The notes: generated from the letters alone by a model not told the origin. DNA of 64,000 nucleotides from an uncultured Desulfovibrio sp. (GCA_913063155.1 CAJXYU010000009.1:75760-139759); one strand, 5' to 3'. Numbered from the stretch's first letter, positions 46,621 through 56,784 are shown. Translations and numbers: made by a program.

Positions 46621-48783
46621 ATGATTCGAATCAACGACATAACCGACAAGGTTGCGACTTACATAGACAACCCTGACCTTGCCCTGATCCAGAAGGCCTA
46701 CATTTTTGCGGCCCAGGCCCACGAAGGTGTGGTGCGTCTTTCGGGTGAACCCTACATTTCCCATCCCATGTCCGTGGCCTACCAGCTCTCGGAAATGCAG
46801 CTGGACGAGGCCAGTGTGGCTGCGGGGTTGCTGCACGATACGGTGGAGGACACGGACACCACCATCGACGAGATCGAGGACCTGTTCGGCGAGGAAGTGG
46901 CCGACATCGTGGACGGGGTGACCAAGATCAGCAAGATGCAGTTCGAGTCCAAGGCCGTGGCCCAGGCCGAGAACATGCGCAAGATGATTCTGGCCATGGC
47001 CGAGGACATCCGTGTGCTCATGGTCAAGCTGGCGGACAGGCTGCACAACATGCGTACCCTGGTTCACATGAAACCCATCAAGCAGCGCATGATCGCTCAG
47101 GAAACCCTGGACATTTACGCGCCGTTGGCCAACCGGCTTGGTCTGCACCGAATCAAGACCGAACTGGAGGACATGTGCCTGCGTTTTCTCAAGCCCGACG
47201 TTTATGAGCAGCTTAGTGAAGCCGTGGCCCGGCACAAGTCCGCGGGCCAGGAATACATCGACCGGGTCATCGGCCTTATCGAGGACATGTTCAAAAAGAA
47301 CAAGATAGAAGGGCGGGTCTACGGGCGTACCAAGCACCTCTACAGTACGCACACCAAGATGCAGCAGCAGGAATTGAGTTTCGAGGAGATATACGACCTC
47401 ATCGCCTTCCGCATCATCGTGCCCTCGGTCAAGGACTGTTACGCGGTGCTCGGCCTGATTCATGCGGAATGGAAACCCATTTCCGGTCGTTTCAAGGACT
47501 ATATTTCCATCCCCAAGGCCAATATGTACCAGAGCCTCCACTCCACGGTCATCGGCCCGGAAGGGGAGCGCATCGAAGTCCAGATCCGTACCGAGGAAAT
47601 GCACCGGGTGGCTGAATACGGTGTGGCCGCCCACTGGCAGTACAAGGAAGCGGGCAAGGGCAGCAAGCAAGGCAAGACTGCGGGCCAGCGCGACGCCGAG
47701 CGTTTTACCTGGCTGCGGCAGATTCTGGACTGGCAGCGGGAGCTCAATGATCCGCGTGAATTCATGGCCTCCCTGCGGTTCGACCTTTTCCAGGAAGAGG
47801 TCTACGTATTCACCCCCAACGGCGACATCAAGGAATTGCCGGACGGGGCCACACCCGTGGATTTTGCCTATGCCATCCATTCCCAGGTGGGCGACCATTG
47901 CGCCGGAGCCAAGGTCAACGGACGTCTGGTGCCGCTGCACACTCCGCTCAAGAACGGCGATTCCGTCGAGGTCATTACCGACAAGAACCGCGCCCCCAGC
48001 AGGGACTGGCTCAAGTTCGTCAAGACCGCCAAGGCCCGGACCCGCATCAAGCAGCATATTCGCACGGTCGAGCGCGAACGCAGCTTGGGCCTGGGTAAGG
48101 AGATGCTGGAGAAGGAAGGCCGCCGTGTGGGAGTCAATGTCGCGAAAGCTGTAAAAGACGGCACCTTCCTGGAGTTGGCCAAGGAATTCAACTGCACCAG
48201 CGCCGACGATCTGGTGGCCCAGGTCGGGTTTATGAATCTGACCCCCAAAAAGGTGCTCAAACGGCTCTATGCGCTCCTGCATGAAGAGGAGGAAGTCGCG
48301 CAGATCCCGGAGAAGGCTCCCGAGCCGTCCAAGGCGCCGGGCAAGTCCGACGGTCTGAGTTTGAGCGGCGTGGACGAGATGCTGGTGCGCTTTGCAAGCT
48401 GCTGCAACCCTCTTCCGGGCGATCCCATCACCGGATACATCACTCGGGGCCGGGGGGTGACCATCCATCGGGTGGACTGTCATAATGTCAAGAATTTCGA
48501 ACCGGAACGTCTGCTTCAGGTTTCCTGGGAAGGGGAGGAGGATAAGTCCTACCCGGCCAAGATCAAGATCAAATGCCACAACCGTTTGGGCATGCTCGGT
48601 AAAATTTGTTCGTTACTGGCCGAAGCCGGGGTGAACATCGATTCCGGAAGCTTCACCTCCCAGGTGGACGGCACCTCGCTTCTGGAGTTCACCGTGGAGG
48701 TCAAGGATCTCAATCAGCTTTACTCCGCGCTGGCCAAAGTCAAGAATCTCAACGCGGTCATAGAGGCTCTTCGGGTGTCCTAG
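46621..48783 (+). CDS. spoT: Bifunctional (p)ppGpp synthetase/hydrolase, RelA/SpoT family
   Basis: 720 aa with an HD domain (PYISHPMSVA...GLLHDTVEDT), a synthetase domain, and TGS and ACT regions. Confidence 0.95.
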   Translation: MIRINDITDKVATYIDNPDLALIQKAYIFAAQAHEGVVRLSGEPYISHPMSVAYQLSEMQLDEASVAAGLLHDTVEDTDTTIDEIEDLFGEEVADIVDGVTKISKMQFESKAVAQAENMRKMILAMAEDIRVLMVKLADRLHNMRTLVHMKPIKQRMIAQETLDIYAPLANRLGLHRIKTELEDMCLRFLKPDVYEQLSEAVARHKSAGQEYIDRVIGLIEDMFKKNKIEGRVYGRTKHLYSTHTKMQQQELSFEEIYDLIAFRIIVPSVKDCYAVLGLIHAEWKPISGRFKDYISIPKANMYQSLHSTVIGPEGERIEVQIRTEEMHRVAEYGVAAHWQYKEAGKGSKQGKTAGQRDAERFTWLRQILDWQRELNDPREFMASLRFDLFQEEVYVFTPNGDIKELPDGATPVDFAYAIHSQVGDHCAGAKVNGRLVPLHTPLKNGDSVEVITDKNRAPSRDWLKFVKTAKARTRIKQHIRTVERERSLGLGKEMLEKEGRRVGVNVAKAVKDGTFLELAKEFNCTSADDLVAQVGFMNLTPKKVLKRLYALLHEEEEVAQIPEKAPEPSKAPGKSDGLSLSGVDEMLVRFASCCNPLPGDPITGYITRGRGVTIHRVDCHNVKNFEPERLLQVSWEGEEDKSYPAKIKIKCHNRLGMLGKICSLLAEAGVNIDSGSFTSQVDGTSLLEFTVEVKDLNQLYSALAKVKNLNAVIEALRVS

Positions 48784-48810
48784 CCGATTCGTCTTTCGTT
48801 GAAACAAGGA

Positions 48811-48840
48811 AGCCCGCCGAGAACCGGCGGGCTTTTATTG
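48811..48840. terminator. Hairpin terminator shared by spoT (+) and cytochrome c3 (-)
   Basis: agcccgccg (48811-48819) pairs with cggcgggct (48825-48833), followed by TTTTATTG on + and TTCCTTGTTTC on -. Confidence 0.65.
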
Positions 48841-48885
48841 TTCCGGTTTGGAGGAGGCGTCCGGAACAGAGGGGAGCTGATTCAT

Positions 48886-49284
48886 TTACTTCTTCACATG
48901 ACACTGCCTGCAGGAGGTCGGTGCCTTGATGTTGCCTGCCTTTTTGGCAGCCTTGTGGCAGCCGACGCAGCTCTTTTCGGACCTGGAGTCGTGGAAGGCC
49001 TTGTAGAAGCTCATCCCGTCCTTCTTTCCCGGTTGATCGTGACAGCCGGGACTGCCGCACTTGCGCATTTCCGATGCGCCGTTCCAGGTATGGTGGCAGG
49101 TCTTGCATTCCAGGCCCTGCTTTGCGTGCAGTGTGTGCGAAAAGGGTACATCCGGCTTCCTGGCCTGCATGCCGGCCGGGGCTACCAACATCATGTCCGC
49201 CGGAGCCGTGGTCCCTGCGTAGGCATTGCCCACGCACAAAAGAAAGGCGATCGTAACGGCTATCTGGAATATCCTTGTTCTCAT
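48886..49284 (-). CDS. cycA: Periplasmic tetrahaem cytochrome c3 (type I)
   Basis: 132 aa with a signal peptide. Haem motifs CKTCH, CGSPGCH (CxxxxCH), CVGCH and CRQCH. Confidence 0.9.
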   Translation of the reverse strand: MRTRIFQIAVTIAFLLCVGNAYAGTTAPADMMLVAPAGMQARKPDVPFSHTLHAKQGLECKTCHHTWNGASEMRKCGSPGCHDQPGKKDGMSFYKAFHDSRSEKSCVGCHKAAKKAGNIKAPTSCRQCHVKK

Positions 49285-49342
49285 GGCGTTCTCCTAGCTT
49301 GGGGAGTCCCGTTGATCCTTCTCTTTTGCTGCAACAAGAAAA

Positions 49343-49357
49343 GCAAGGCTTGTGCCA
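49343..49357 (-). promoter_or_regulatory. Sigma54 (-24/-12) promoter upstream of cytochrome c3
   Basis: The minus strand reads TGGCAC-AAGCC-TTGCT, an exact TGGCAC-N5-TTGC. The -12 element lies 59 nt before the ATG at 49284. Confidence 0.5.
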
Positions 49358-49458
49358 TATGTGTAGTGGCTTGAAATAATAGTGTTTTTATTATTTTGTG
49401 CCTGTGCGTATGGCAGGATGTGTACGCAGGCTGCACGTGTACGTGTGTTTTTTGCCCA

Positions 49459-49483
49459 CAAAAAAAGCCTCCCTGCGGAGGCC
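49459..49483 (-). terminator. Rho-independent terminator after the PPC-domain gene
   Basis: The minus strand reads ggcctccgcagggaggc followed by TTTTTTT. Confidence 0.65.
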
Positions 49484-49508
49484 TTGGATTTCGGCTTGTG
49501 TGATTGGG

Positions 49509-49913
49509 TCAGCCCCAGAGGAAGAGCTTGGTGGCTTCGTCGTAAACCCGGTTCAGCGGTTCGCCGGCCACTTCCCGGATGAAAGCTTCGCCCGCGAAGA
49601 TGATGCAGCCTTCCATGGCATGTCCACCCAGTGCCGCACCGGTTGCGTCGGAAAGGGTCAGGTGCAGATGCACGAACACTTCGTCGTCCTTCAGGGAGAT
49701 GTTTCCCATTCCGAACAGCAGTTCCACGTTTTTGTCCACGGGATGAGATTCGTATGAAAAGGTGTTCTGGTTGTAAAAGCCCAGCTCGGCCTTTTCCAGG
49801 GCACCGATGACCTGCACGGTGCCGCGGGTGATGTTGTTTTCCTTGGCGATTCTGGTCAACTCGGTTACCAGGTCGCCGCCCTTGGGCAGTCGGGTCAGTA
49901 TTTCCTTGCTCAT
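49509..49913 (-). CDS. PPC (DUF296) domain protein
   Basis: 134 aa. The pattern ...VELLFGMGNISL...VHLHLTL...GGHAMEG...FAGEAFI is typical of PPC/DUF296 as I remember it. Confidence 0.6.
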   Translation of the reverse strand: MSKEILTRLPKGGDLVTELTRIAKENNITRGTVQVIGALEKAELGFYNQNTFSYESHPVDKNVELLFGMGNISLKDDEVFVHLHLTLSDATGAALGGHAMEGCIIFAGEAFIREVAGEPLNRVYDEATKLFLWG

Positions 49914-50024
49914 ATCGTGCTCCTTTGGGAATTTTTGAAATGGGTGATAGGCCGCGTCGGGTTTTCTCTACCCCTTCACGATGTCCTTGAAAAGTGCGCA
50001 CCACGGATTTTATTGTCATGCAAA

Positions 50025-50060
50025 CAAAAAAAGGGAGGACCGGGGCCCTCCCTTTTCTTT
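50025..50060 (-). terminator. Rho-independent terminator after the second ABC operon
   Basis: A gggagg...cctccc hairpin flanked by an A-run on + (= a T-run on the minus strand). Confidence 0.6.
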
Positions 50061-50075
50061 GTCGTTTTTCCCGGA

Positions 50076-51839
50076 CTACATGTCCAGGCGAACCTGTTCG
50101 GGACTGAGCTTCCTTTCCAGATGGGTGGCGTATTTGCTCATGCAGTAGCTGCAGACGAAATACAGGAAAGCCACCGTGGTATAGATCTCGAAAGGGTACA
50201 TCATGATGCGGTTGTTGATGGCGTAAGCCGCGCGGGTCAGGTCCATGACCCCGATGATGTAGATCAGGGAGGTGTCCTTGAAGTCCGCGATGAACATGCC
50301 CACCAGGGCCGGAAGCATCTGCTTCAGGGCCTGGGGGAGCACTATCTTGCGCATGGTCTGGAAATAGCTCAGCCCTGTGGACTTGGCAGCCTCCACCTGC
50401 CCAGGGGGAACGTTCTGGATGCCCGCGCGCACGATTTCCGCGATGTAGGCCCCGAAGAACACGGTCAGTGCCCAGGTACCCGCCCAGAACGCCTTGAGTT
50501 CGAATTTGAACATGACCGGAATCAGGAAGTAGACCCAGGTGATGACGATCAGGAGCGGGTTGGCGCGGATGAGTTCGATGTAGGCTGTGCAGGGAATGCG
50601 GATGAATTTGAATCTTGACGTGCGGCCCATGCCCACGAAAAGCCCGATGAGGAAGCTGCCGGTGATGGATATGACGGCCATGAGGACCGAGACGGCAAGC
50701 CCCCCCAGTCCGTAACAGAATTCGGTTTCACCACCTTTCGGGAACCGCCAGATGAGCAGGGATTTGAAATTCTTGGCGATGACTTCCCAATTGAAGCCCA
50801 AAAGCGCCGTGGCCGTCTTGTAGAGCAGGAGGCAGAGGAAGAGCAGGAACGCGCCGCGTGCAGCCAGGGTGAATCCTTTCCAGAACAACTGCGCCAGGCG
50901 TTCTGCCGGTGAGATTGTCTTGGAGGCTGCGCGCCTGCGGGCGATCCTGCGTTTGGTGCGCGAGACGCGGCTGTAGACCATGCCGAAGGGCGCGAACAGG
51001 AGGTCGGCCGCCTTGCGGGTCAGGTTTTCCTGTCCTCTGGGAACAATTTTGAGCTTGGCGTTGACCAGGTTCATGAATCCGGCGATGAGCAGGGACAAGG
51101 AAGTATAGATGACCGTGCCGATGGTGAGGGCTTCGAAGCTGTGATAGGTCAGCGAAGTGATTTCGTTGATGGCCCAGAAGACGTCGGCCACGCCGATGGT
51201 CATGGCCAGGGACGAGTTCTTCATGTTGTTGAGGAATTCGCTGCCCAGAGGCGGGATGATCTCGCGGAAGGCCAGGGGCAGGATGATTCTGCGCAGGGTC
51301 TGGCCGAAGCTCAGGCCCGAGGAATAGGAAGCCTCCAGCAGCCCCTTGGGCACGGACTGGATGCCCGAACGGATGATCTCGGCCATGAATGCGCCGGTGA
51401 AGATGCCCAGACCGCCTACGATGACCCAGAACTCGAAGTCGAGTTCGAAAAGTCGGGCGCGAATTTCCTCCGGAAACGCATAGGGCAGGGCGAAGTTCCA
51501 GAAAAACAGTTGGATGAGCAGCGGAGTATTGCGGAAGAGCTCAACGTAGCAGGTGGCGAACCAGTAGACCGGTTTGAATTTGGAAAGGCGCGCCAGGCCG
51601 AAAAGCGTGCCCAGCCCGAGGGCGAGGATCGCCGAATACAGGGAGATGGTCACGGTCAGGTTGAGGCCGTTGATGAGCAGGTCGCTCATGAACCCGTAAG
51701 GGGTTTCCTTGTATAGGATGGCCCAGTCGAAATCGTATTTGAACTCGAAATGGAAGCCGAAATAATAGACCACCAGTCCGAGCAGGGTCAGAAGGGCCGC
51801 GTTCTGGACCCACTCTTTTTCAAAATAACGTTTGAGCAT
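50076..51839 (-). CDS. Amino-acid ABC transporter permease, two permease domains fused
   Basis: 587 aa. Two copies of the family signature (FRNTPLLIQLFFW...EASYSSGLSFGQTLRRIILP and IRANPLLIVITWVYF...EAAKSTGLSYFQTMRKIVLP) joined by a basic linker. Confidence 0.85.
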   Translation of the reverse strand: MLKRYFEKEWVQNAALLTLLGLVVYYFGFHFEFKYDFDWAILYKETPYGFMSDLLINGLNLTVTISLYSAILALGLGTLFGLARLSKFKPVYWFATCYVELFRNTPLLIQLFFWNFALPYAFPEEIRARLFELDFEFWVIVGGLGIFTGAFMAEIIRSGIQSVPKGLLEASYSSGLSFGQTLRRIILPLAFREIIPPLGSEFLNNMKNSSLAMTIGVADVFWAINEITSLTYHSFEALTIGTVIYTSLSLLIAGFMNLVNAKLKIVPRGQENLTRKAADLLFAPFGMVYSRVSRTKRRIARRRAASKTISPAERLAQLFWKGFTLAARGAFLLFLCLLLYKTATALLGFNWEVIAKNFKSLLIWRFPKGGETEFCYGLGGLAVSVLMAVISITGSFLIGLFVGMGRTSRFKFIRIPCTAYIELIRANPLLIVITWVYFLIPVMFKFELKAFWAGTWALTVFFGAYIAEIVRAGIQNVPPGQVEAAKSTGLSYFQTMRKIVLPQALKQMLPALVGMFIADFKDTSLIYIIGVMDLTRAAYAINNRIMMYPFEIYTTVAFLYFVCSYCMSKYATHLERKLSPEQVRLDM

Positions 51840-51903
51840 TGTTTTCCGTCAGGTGAAGGTCCCGGGGCAGGCCCGGGACCTTGGTTTCAGTTCGTCTGAT
51901 GGG

Positions 51904-52731
51904 CTAGGGCCACATTTCGATCTTGGAAGTCAGGGGGAAGGGATACTTGGAGTCCGGACCGAACCACTTGTTGTAGATCTTTTCGTAGGTACCGTCCTTC
52001 CAGATATCCTGCAGGGTGAAGTTGATGGCGTCGCGCCATGCGGAGTCGTCTTGAGGCAGGCCGATGCCGTAAGGTTCGTCGGAGATGAAGTCGCCGACCA
52101 GTTCGAACTGGCCGGGCATCTTGGCGGCGTAGCCGAGCAGGATGGTGGAGTCGGTGGTGATGGCCTGGACACGGCCGGAGCGCAGGGCTTCGAACATGGC
52201 CACTTCGCCGTCGTAACCGATGACTTTGGGGTTGGGGTTGCCGAGCTTCTTCAAGTAGGCTTCGGCGTTGATGATGGAAGTGGTGCCCTGCATGGAGCCG
52301 ACCTTCATCTTGGTAAGATCCTTGATGTCTTTCACTTTACCCTTGCGCGCCAGGAATTTCTGGCCGTCAAAAAAGTAGGTGATGGAAAAGTCGATCTTTT
52401 CGTCGCGAACGCGCTTGTGGGTCATGTTGGACAGGACCATGTCGACCTTCGGCGGATCGGTCTGCAGGAAGGAAATGCGGGTGTTGTTGTTCACGACGGT
52501 GGGTTCCAGCTTGACGTTCAGGCGCTTGGCGATTTCCTTGGCCATGTCCATGTCGAAACCGGTCCATTCGTTGTTTTCATCAATGAAACCGAAGGGAACG
52601 CCCTGGTTGGAGATACCGGCGCGAACGACTTTGCTTTTCATGACGCGATCGTAGGTGGGGCCTGCGAAAACCAGGGATGCGCTCACGAGCAGCATTGCCG
52701 CGACGAGAGCCGGAAGCTTGAAACTACGCAT
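51904..52731 (-). CDS. Amino-acid ABC transporter substrate-binding protein (family 3)
   Basis: 275 aa with a signal peptide. Paralogous to the gene at 18904-19791. Confidence 0.9.
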   Translation of the reverse strand: MRSFKLPALVAAMLLVSASLVFAGPTYDRVMKSKVVRAGISNQGVPFGFIDENNEWTGFDMDMAKEIAKRLNVKLEPTVVNNNTRISFLQTDPPKVDMVLSNMTHKRVRDEKIDFSITYFFDGQKFLARKGKVKDIKDLTKMKVGSMQGTTSIINAEAYLKKLGNPNPKVIGYDGEVAMFEALRSGRVQAITTDSTILLGYAAKMPGQFELVGDFISDEPYGIGLPQDDSAWRDAINFTLQDIWKDGTYEKIYNKWFGPDSKYPFPLTSKIEMWP

Positions 52732-52799
52732 AGAACCTCTCTCCTTTGTTGGGTTACGTGTATAAAAGCCCGGATGTTGCGGCCCGGGCCGTTAAACGG

Positions 52800-53567
52800 C
52801 TAGTGTGAAAGAATTTTGCTGAGAAAGTCCTTGGTCCGGTCGCTTTGCGGATTGTGGAAGAACTCCTCCGGGGTGTTCTGTTCGATGAGCAGGCCACCGT
52901 CCATGAAAATGACGCGATCGGCCACTTCGCGGGCAAAGCCCATTTCGTGGGTGACGCAGATCATGGTCATGCCCTCGCGGGCCAGGGATTTCATGACGTC
53001 GAGAACTTCGTTGATCATTTCCGGGTCAAGGGCGGAGGTAGGCTCGTCGAAGAGCATGATTTTCGGTTGCATGGCCAAGCCCCGGGCAATGGCGACGCGC
53101 TGCTGCTGGCCCCCGGAAAGCTGGTTCGGGAAAGAATGGGCCTTGTCGGGGATGTTGACCTTCCGCAGCAGTTTCATGGCGATGGTTTCGGCCTCGCCGC
53201 GCGGCATGTGCCGGACCATGACCGGGGCCAGGGTGATGTTGTCCAGCACCGTCATGTGCGGATAGAGGTTGAACTGCTGGAAAACGAAGCCGACCTCTGC
53301 GCGGAGCAGAGTCATGTTGGTTTTGGGATCGCTGACGTCCATGTCGTCGACAAGGATGTTGCCCTGCTGGATGGGTTCCAGCCGGTTGATGCAGCGGATC
53401 AGAGTGCTTTTTCCGGAGCCGGACGGCCCGCAGATGACGACGACTTCGCCTTTTTTGATGTCCAAAGATACATTCTTGAGGACATGCAGGTCGCCGAACC
53501 ATTTATTTACATTTTTGAAAGATATCACGTTATTAATTCTCCCCAGTAATCCTGTTCGATAAGGCAC
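52800..53567 (-). CDS. Amino-acid ABC transporter ATP-binding protein
   Basis: 255 aa. [33 protein letters not shown]. Paralogous to the gene at 18124-18852. Confidence 0.95.
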   Translation of the reverse strand: MPYRTGLLGRINNVISFKNVNKWFGDLHVLKNVSLDIKKGEVVVICGPSGSGKSTLIRCINRLEPIQQGNILVDDMDVSDPKTNMTLLRAEVGFVFQQFNLYPHMTVLDNITLAPVMVRHMPRGEAETIAMKLLRKVNIPDKAHSFPNQLSGGQQQRVAIARGLAMQPKIMLFDEPTSALDPEMINEVLDVMKSLAREGMTMICVTHEMGFAREVADRVIFMDGGLLIEQNTPEEFFHNPQSDRTKDFLSKILSH

Positions 53568-53837
53568 AAGGGCAACTAGCAGAATTACCTATGGCGGGCA
53601 ACAATTTTGACGTTTGCGTGACGGGAAGAATGTTACGAAAAATAGGTGTTTCGGCGTATGGTTTGTCTATTGTGCGCAATCAAAAACGTAAAATATTGTT
53701 TTTTGCGAAGTAAGGTCTTTTGCTATTTTATCATTTTGTAAAAAATGAGTGGACTGAACTAATTTTCGTCCGTCTTCCATTCTCTGGCTGAAATATCCTG
53801 ATCCGGCATTTTGAAATGTATAAATATTTGCCGCAGG

Positions 53838-55208
53838 TCAGCATTCTATGACACTTACCGCCAAGCCCCCGAGGGAGGTCTCCTTGTATTTTTGCGACAT
53901 GTCGCGGCCTGTTTCCGCCATGGCCCGGATGACTTTGTCCAGGTCCACCATGTGGTAGGCGGCTTCCACGGAGCTGGCGATGAGATAGGCGTTGTAGGCC
54001 TTGACCGCCCCCATTGCGTTTCGCTCAATGCAGGGAATCTGCACATAACCGCCCACCGGGTCGCAGGTCAGCCCCAGATGGTGTTCCAGTGCGATTTCCG
54101 CAGAGTTTTCCGTGATTTGGAAGCGGTATCCTCGCGCATAAGCTATCATGGCCGCTCCCATGGCCGAGGCCACGCCAACCTCTCCCTGGCAGCCTACCTC
54201 GGCCCCGGAGATGCTGGCGTTGTTCTTGGCCAGGAAGCCGATGGCCGCCGCGGCCATGAGTCCCTGGCGGATCTCGTCGGTGAGTGCGCCCATGTGGCGT
54301 TTGAGCATGAAAAGCAGCCCGGGAATGACACCGGCGGCTCCGGCGGTGGGAGCGGTGGCTATGCAGTGTCCCGACGCATTTTCCTCGGAGGCGGCCATGG
54401 CGTAGGCATTGAGGGCCTTGAGGAAGCCGGGGCCCTGGAAATGGGCCTTCTTGGCCTTGGCGTAAAGGGTGGGAGCCTTGCGGTACAGTCCGATGGGGCC
54501 GGGCAGCCTGCCCTCGGTCTGGATGCCTTTTTCCACTGATCGCTCCATGACCATGATGATGTTGTCCAGCCGCTGGTTGATTTCATTTTCAGAGAGGCCG
54601 GTGATGGCCATCTCGTTTTCGAGAATGAGTTCGTGCAGCCGGATGTCATGCATGACCAGGTGTTTCTTCAGTTCGGCCATGTCCTTATACTTGAATCTGG
54701 GCTCACCGACTTCGGGTTCCTTCCACCCTTTCCAGCGCAGGAAACCGCCGCCGATGGAATAATACTCCTGTTCGTACAGGGGAGCGCCCCCTTTGCCGAG
54801 GCGAAAGAGGAGAGTGTTGCTGAAGGGAAAATCGTGGTGGACCGCGTCGAAAACGACCTCTTCGGCTTTGAAATCGATGGTTTTGGGGCCGATATCCAAC
54901 TGATAGATTTGGGTCGGGTCGAGGTCCAGGCTGTCGAGCACATCCGGGGGGCAGGTTTCCGGCTGATGACCCAGAAGTCCGGAAATGACCGCGCGTCGGG
55001 TGCCGTGTCCTTCGCCGGTGGCGCTCAGGGAGCCGAAAAGGTGTATATCGATGACGTCGGCCTGTTCCAAAAGGGCTGTGTCGAGTTTGCGCACTGTCTC
55101 CATGAAGTGATGGCCGGCTTTCATGGGGCCGATGGTGTGGGAGCTGGAGGGGCCTGGGCCGACTTTGAACAGTTCGAACAGTGACGTCGTGATGCGGGGC
55201 ATTGTCAT
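53838..55208 (-). CDS. sdaA: L-serine ammonia-lyase (Fe-S dependent, single chain)
   Basis: 456 aa (SLFELFKVGPGPSSSHTIGPM, C-terminal IPCIERNAMGA). Confidence 0.9.
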   Translation of the reverse strand: MTMPRITTSLFELFKVGPGPSSSHTIGPMKAGHHFMETVRKLDTALLEQADVIDIHLFGSLSATGEGHGTRRAVISGLLGHQPETCPPDVLDSLDLDPTQIYQLDIGPKTIDFKAEEVVFDAVHHDFPFSNTLLFRLGKGGAPLYEQEYYSIGGGFLRWKGWKEPEVGEPRFKYKDMAELKKHLVMHDIRLHELILENEMAITGLSENEINQRLDNIIMVMERSVEKGIQTEGRLPGPIGLYRKAPTLYAKAKKAHFQGPGFLKALNAYAMAASEENASGHCIATAPTAGAAGVIPGLLFMLKRHMGALTDEIRQGLMAAAAIGFLAKNNASISGAEVGCQGEVGVASAMGAAMIAYARGYRFQITENSAEIALEHHLGLTCDPVGGYVQIPCIERNAMGAVKAYNAYLIASSVEAAYHMVDLDKVIRAMAETGRDMSQKYKETSLGGLAVSVIEC

Positions 55209-55340
55209 TCCTCGATTGGTGACCTAATGAAACTGAAATGCAAAAAAGAATAAATAAATGGTCAACTTTCCGTAATTATGCAAATATAGAATGGTTCTAA
55301 TAAGGAAGCAAAGGAAATTCGGCAACGAAAGGAGCAGTGA

Positions 55341-55985
55341 ATGGAATTCTTTATCGATACCGCCAGTATTGAGGAAATTCGCGAAGCCAATGCCTTGGGG
55401 CTCATCGACGGCGTGACCACCAACCCGACCCTCATGGCACGCGAGGGAGCGGACTGGCGCAAAGTGGCGCAAGCCATTTGCAGCGAAGTGGACGGCCCGG
55501 TGAGCCTTGAAGTGGTAGGGTTAACCGCCGACGCCATGATCAAGGAGGCCAAGGAGCTGGTCAAGTTCGGGCCCAATGTCGTGGTCAAGATTCCCATGTT
55601 GCCCGAAGGCATGAAAGCGGTGCGCACCCTGACTGAAATGGGCATCGACACCAACGTCACCCTCGTCTTTTCTCCCAACCAGGCTTTGCTGGCCGCCAAG
55701 GCCGGGGCGACCTACGTCAGCCCGTTCGTCGGCCGTATCGACGCCATCGGCGGCAACGGCATGGATGTCATTTCCCAGATCCTGACCATCTACGGCCAAT
55801 ACGAGTTCGCCACCAAAGTGTTGGTGGCCAGCGTGCGTCATCCGGGCCATGTTCTTGAATCCGCGCTTATGGGAGCCGATGTCATCACCATTCCTTTCGG
55901 CGTCATCAAGCAACTCGCCAAACATCCGCTTACGGATACCGGGCTGGAGGCGTTTCTCAAGGACGCTGAAAAGCTCGAAAAGTAG
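55341..55985 (+). CDS. tal: Short transaldolase / fructose-6-phosphate aldolase family protein
   Basis: 214 aa ([32 protein letters not shown]). Confidence 0.9.
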   Translation: MEFFIDTASIEEIREANALGLIDGVTTNPTLMAREGADWRKVAQAICSEVDGPVSLEVVGLTADAMIKEAKELVKFGPNVVVKIPMLPEGMKAVRTLTEMGIDTNVTLVFSPNQALLAAKAGATYVSPFVGRIDAIGGNGMDVISQILTIYGQYEFATKVLVASVRHPGHVLESALMGADVITIPFGVIKQLAKHPLTDTGLEAFLKDAEKLEK

Positions 55986-55995
55986 CAAATGGACA

Positions 55996-56024
55996 AAGGG
56001 CGGCCTGATATGGGCCGCCCTTTT
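55996..56024. terminator. Bidirectional hairpin terminator between tal (+) and the family-3 binding-protein gene (-)
   Basis: aagggcggcc (55996-56005) pairs with ggccgccctt (56013-56022), followed by TTTT. Confidence 0.6.
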
Positions 56025-56784
56025 AAAATGCGTCGAAATCAGGGTAGTCGAAGCCCCACTTCTCGAAGATGGATTTCAGCTTACCGTCCTTGTGCAGGCG
56101 CAGCATCCCGTCGTCGTAGAGGCGCATGATCTTTCCGCCTCTTGGGGAATCATTGAAGACCGGATGATAGCTGCGACTGCCGATCGACTGAATGTCGAAC
56201 AGAGTGGGGTTGAAGACGATTCTGCTGTTGCGGATGCTCTCTTCGATGAGGTTGACGTCGTCCACATAGAAATCGGCTCTGCCCAGTAAGACCATTCCAA
56301 GCGCCTGGGAGCCGGTGCTCAGTTCCCTGTAGTCTATAGAGACGTCGGCGAATTCTTCGGGGAGGTAGTAGCTGACTCTCCAGACAAGAAGCCTGTTGCT
56401 CAGGCTGGCGCGTCCTTTCCATTTCCCGATCCGTTGCTTGTTGAAAAACACATGATAGTGGTTGATGAACATGGGATAGCGGCCAAGGACGAGCGGCGGG
56501 GACACCGAGTGCGCCTTGCAGGTCATCATGTCCGCGGTGCCGTCCTCCACGGATTCATATGCCCTTTGGGAAGGCATGTATTCCCTTTTCACCTCGATGC
56601 CGTAAAGGTCGAACACGGCGTTCAGTATCTCATGATAAAGCCCGGTGCCGTCTTCGTTGGTGAATTGTTCCCAAGACGGTCCGACCACCCGGACGGTGGT
56701 GATGCGTTCGTCTTCCGCGTCGGCGGGGCTGCAGACGGGAAGCAGCAGGAGTGCAAGATAGGTGATGAGAACTTTTTTCCGCAA
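56023..56784 (-). CDS. Periplasmic family-3-like solute-binding protein, orphan (hypothetical)
   Basis: 253 aa with a signal peptide and weak PBPb-like layout. By eye its GC content is lower than its neighbours. Confidence 0.45.
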   Translation of the reverse strand: MRKKVLITYLALLLLPVCSPADAEDERITTVRVVGPSWEQFTNEDGTGLYHEILNAVFDLYGIEVKREYMPSQRAYESVEDGTADMMTCKAHSVSPPLVLGRYPMFINHYHVFFNKQRIGKWKGRASLSNRLLVWRVSYYLPEEFADVSIDYRELSTGSQALGMVLLGRADFYVDDVNLIEESIRNSRIVFNPTLFDIQSIGSRSYHPVFNDSPRGGKIMRLYDDGMLRLHKDGKLKSIFEKWGFDYPDFDAF

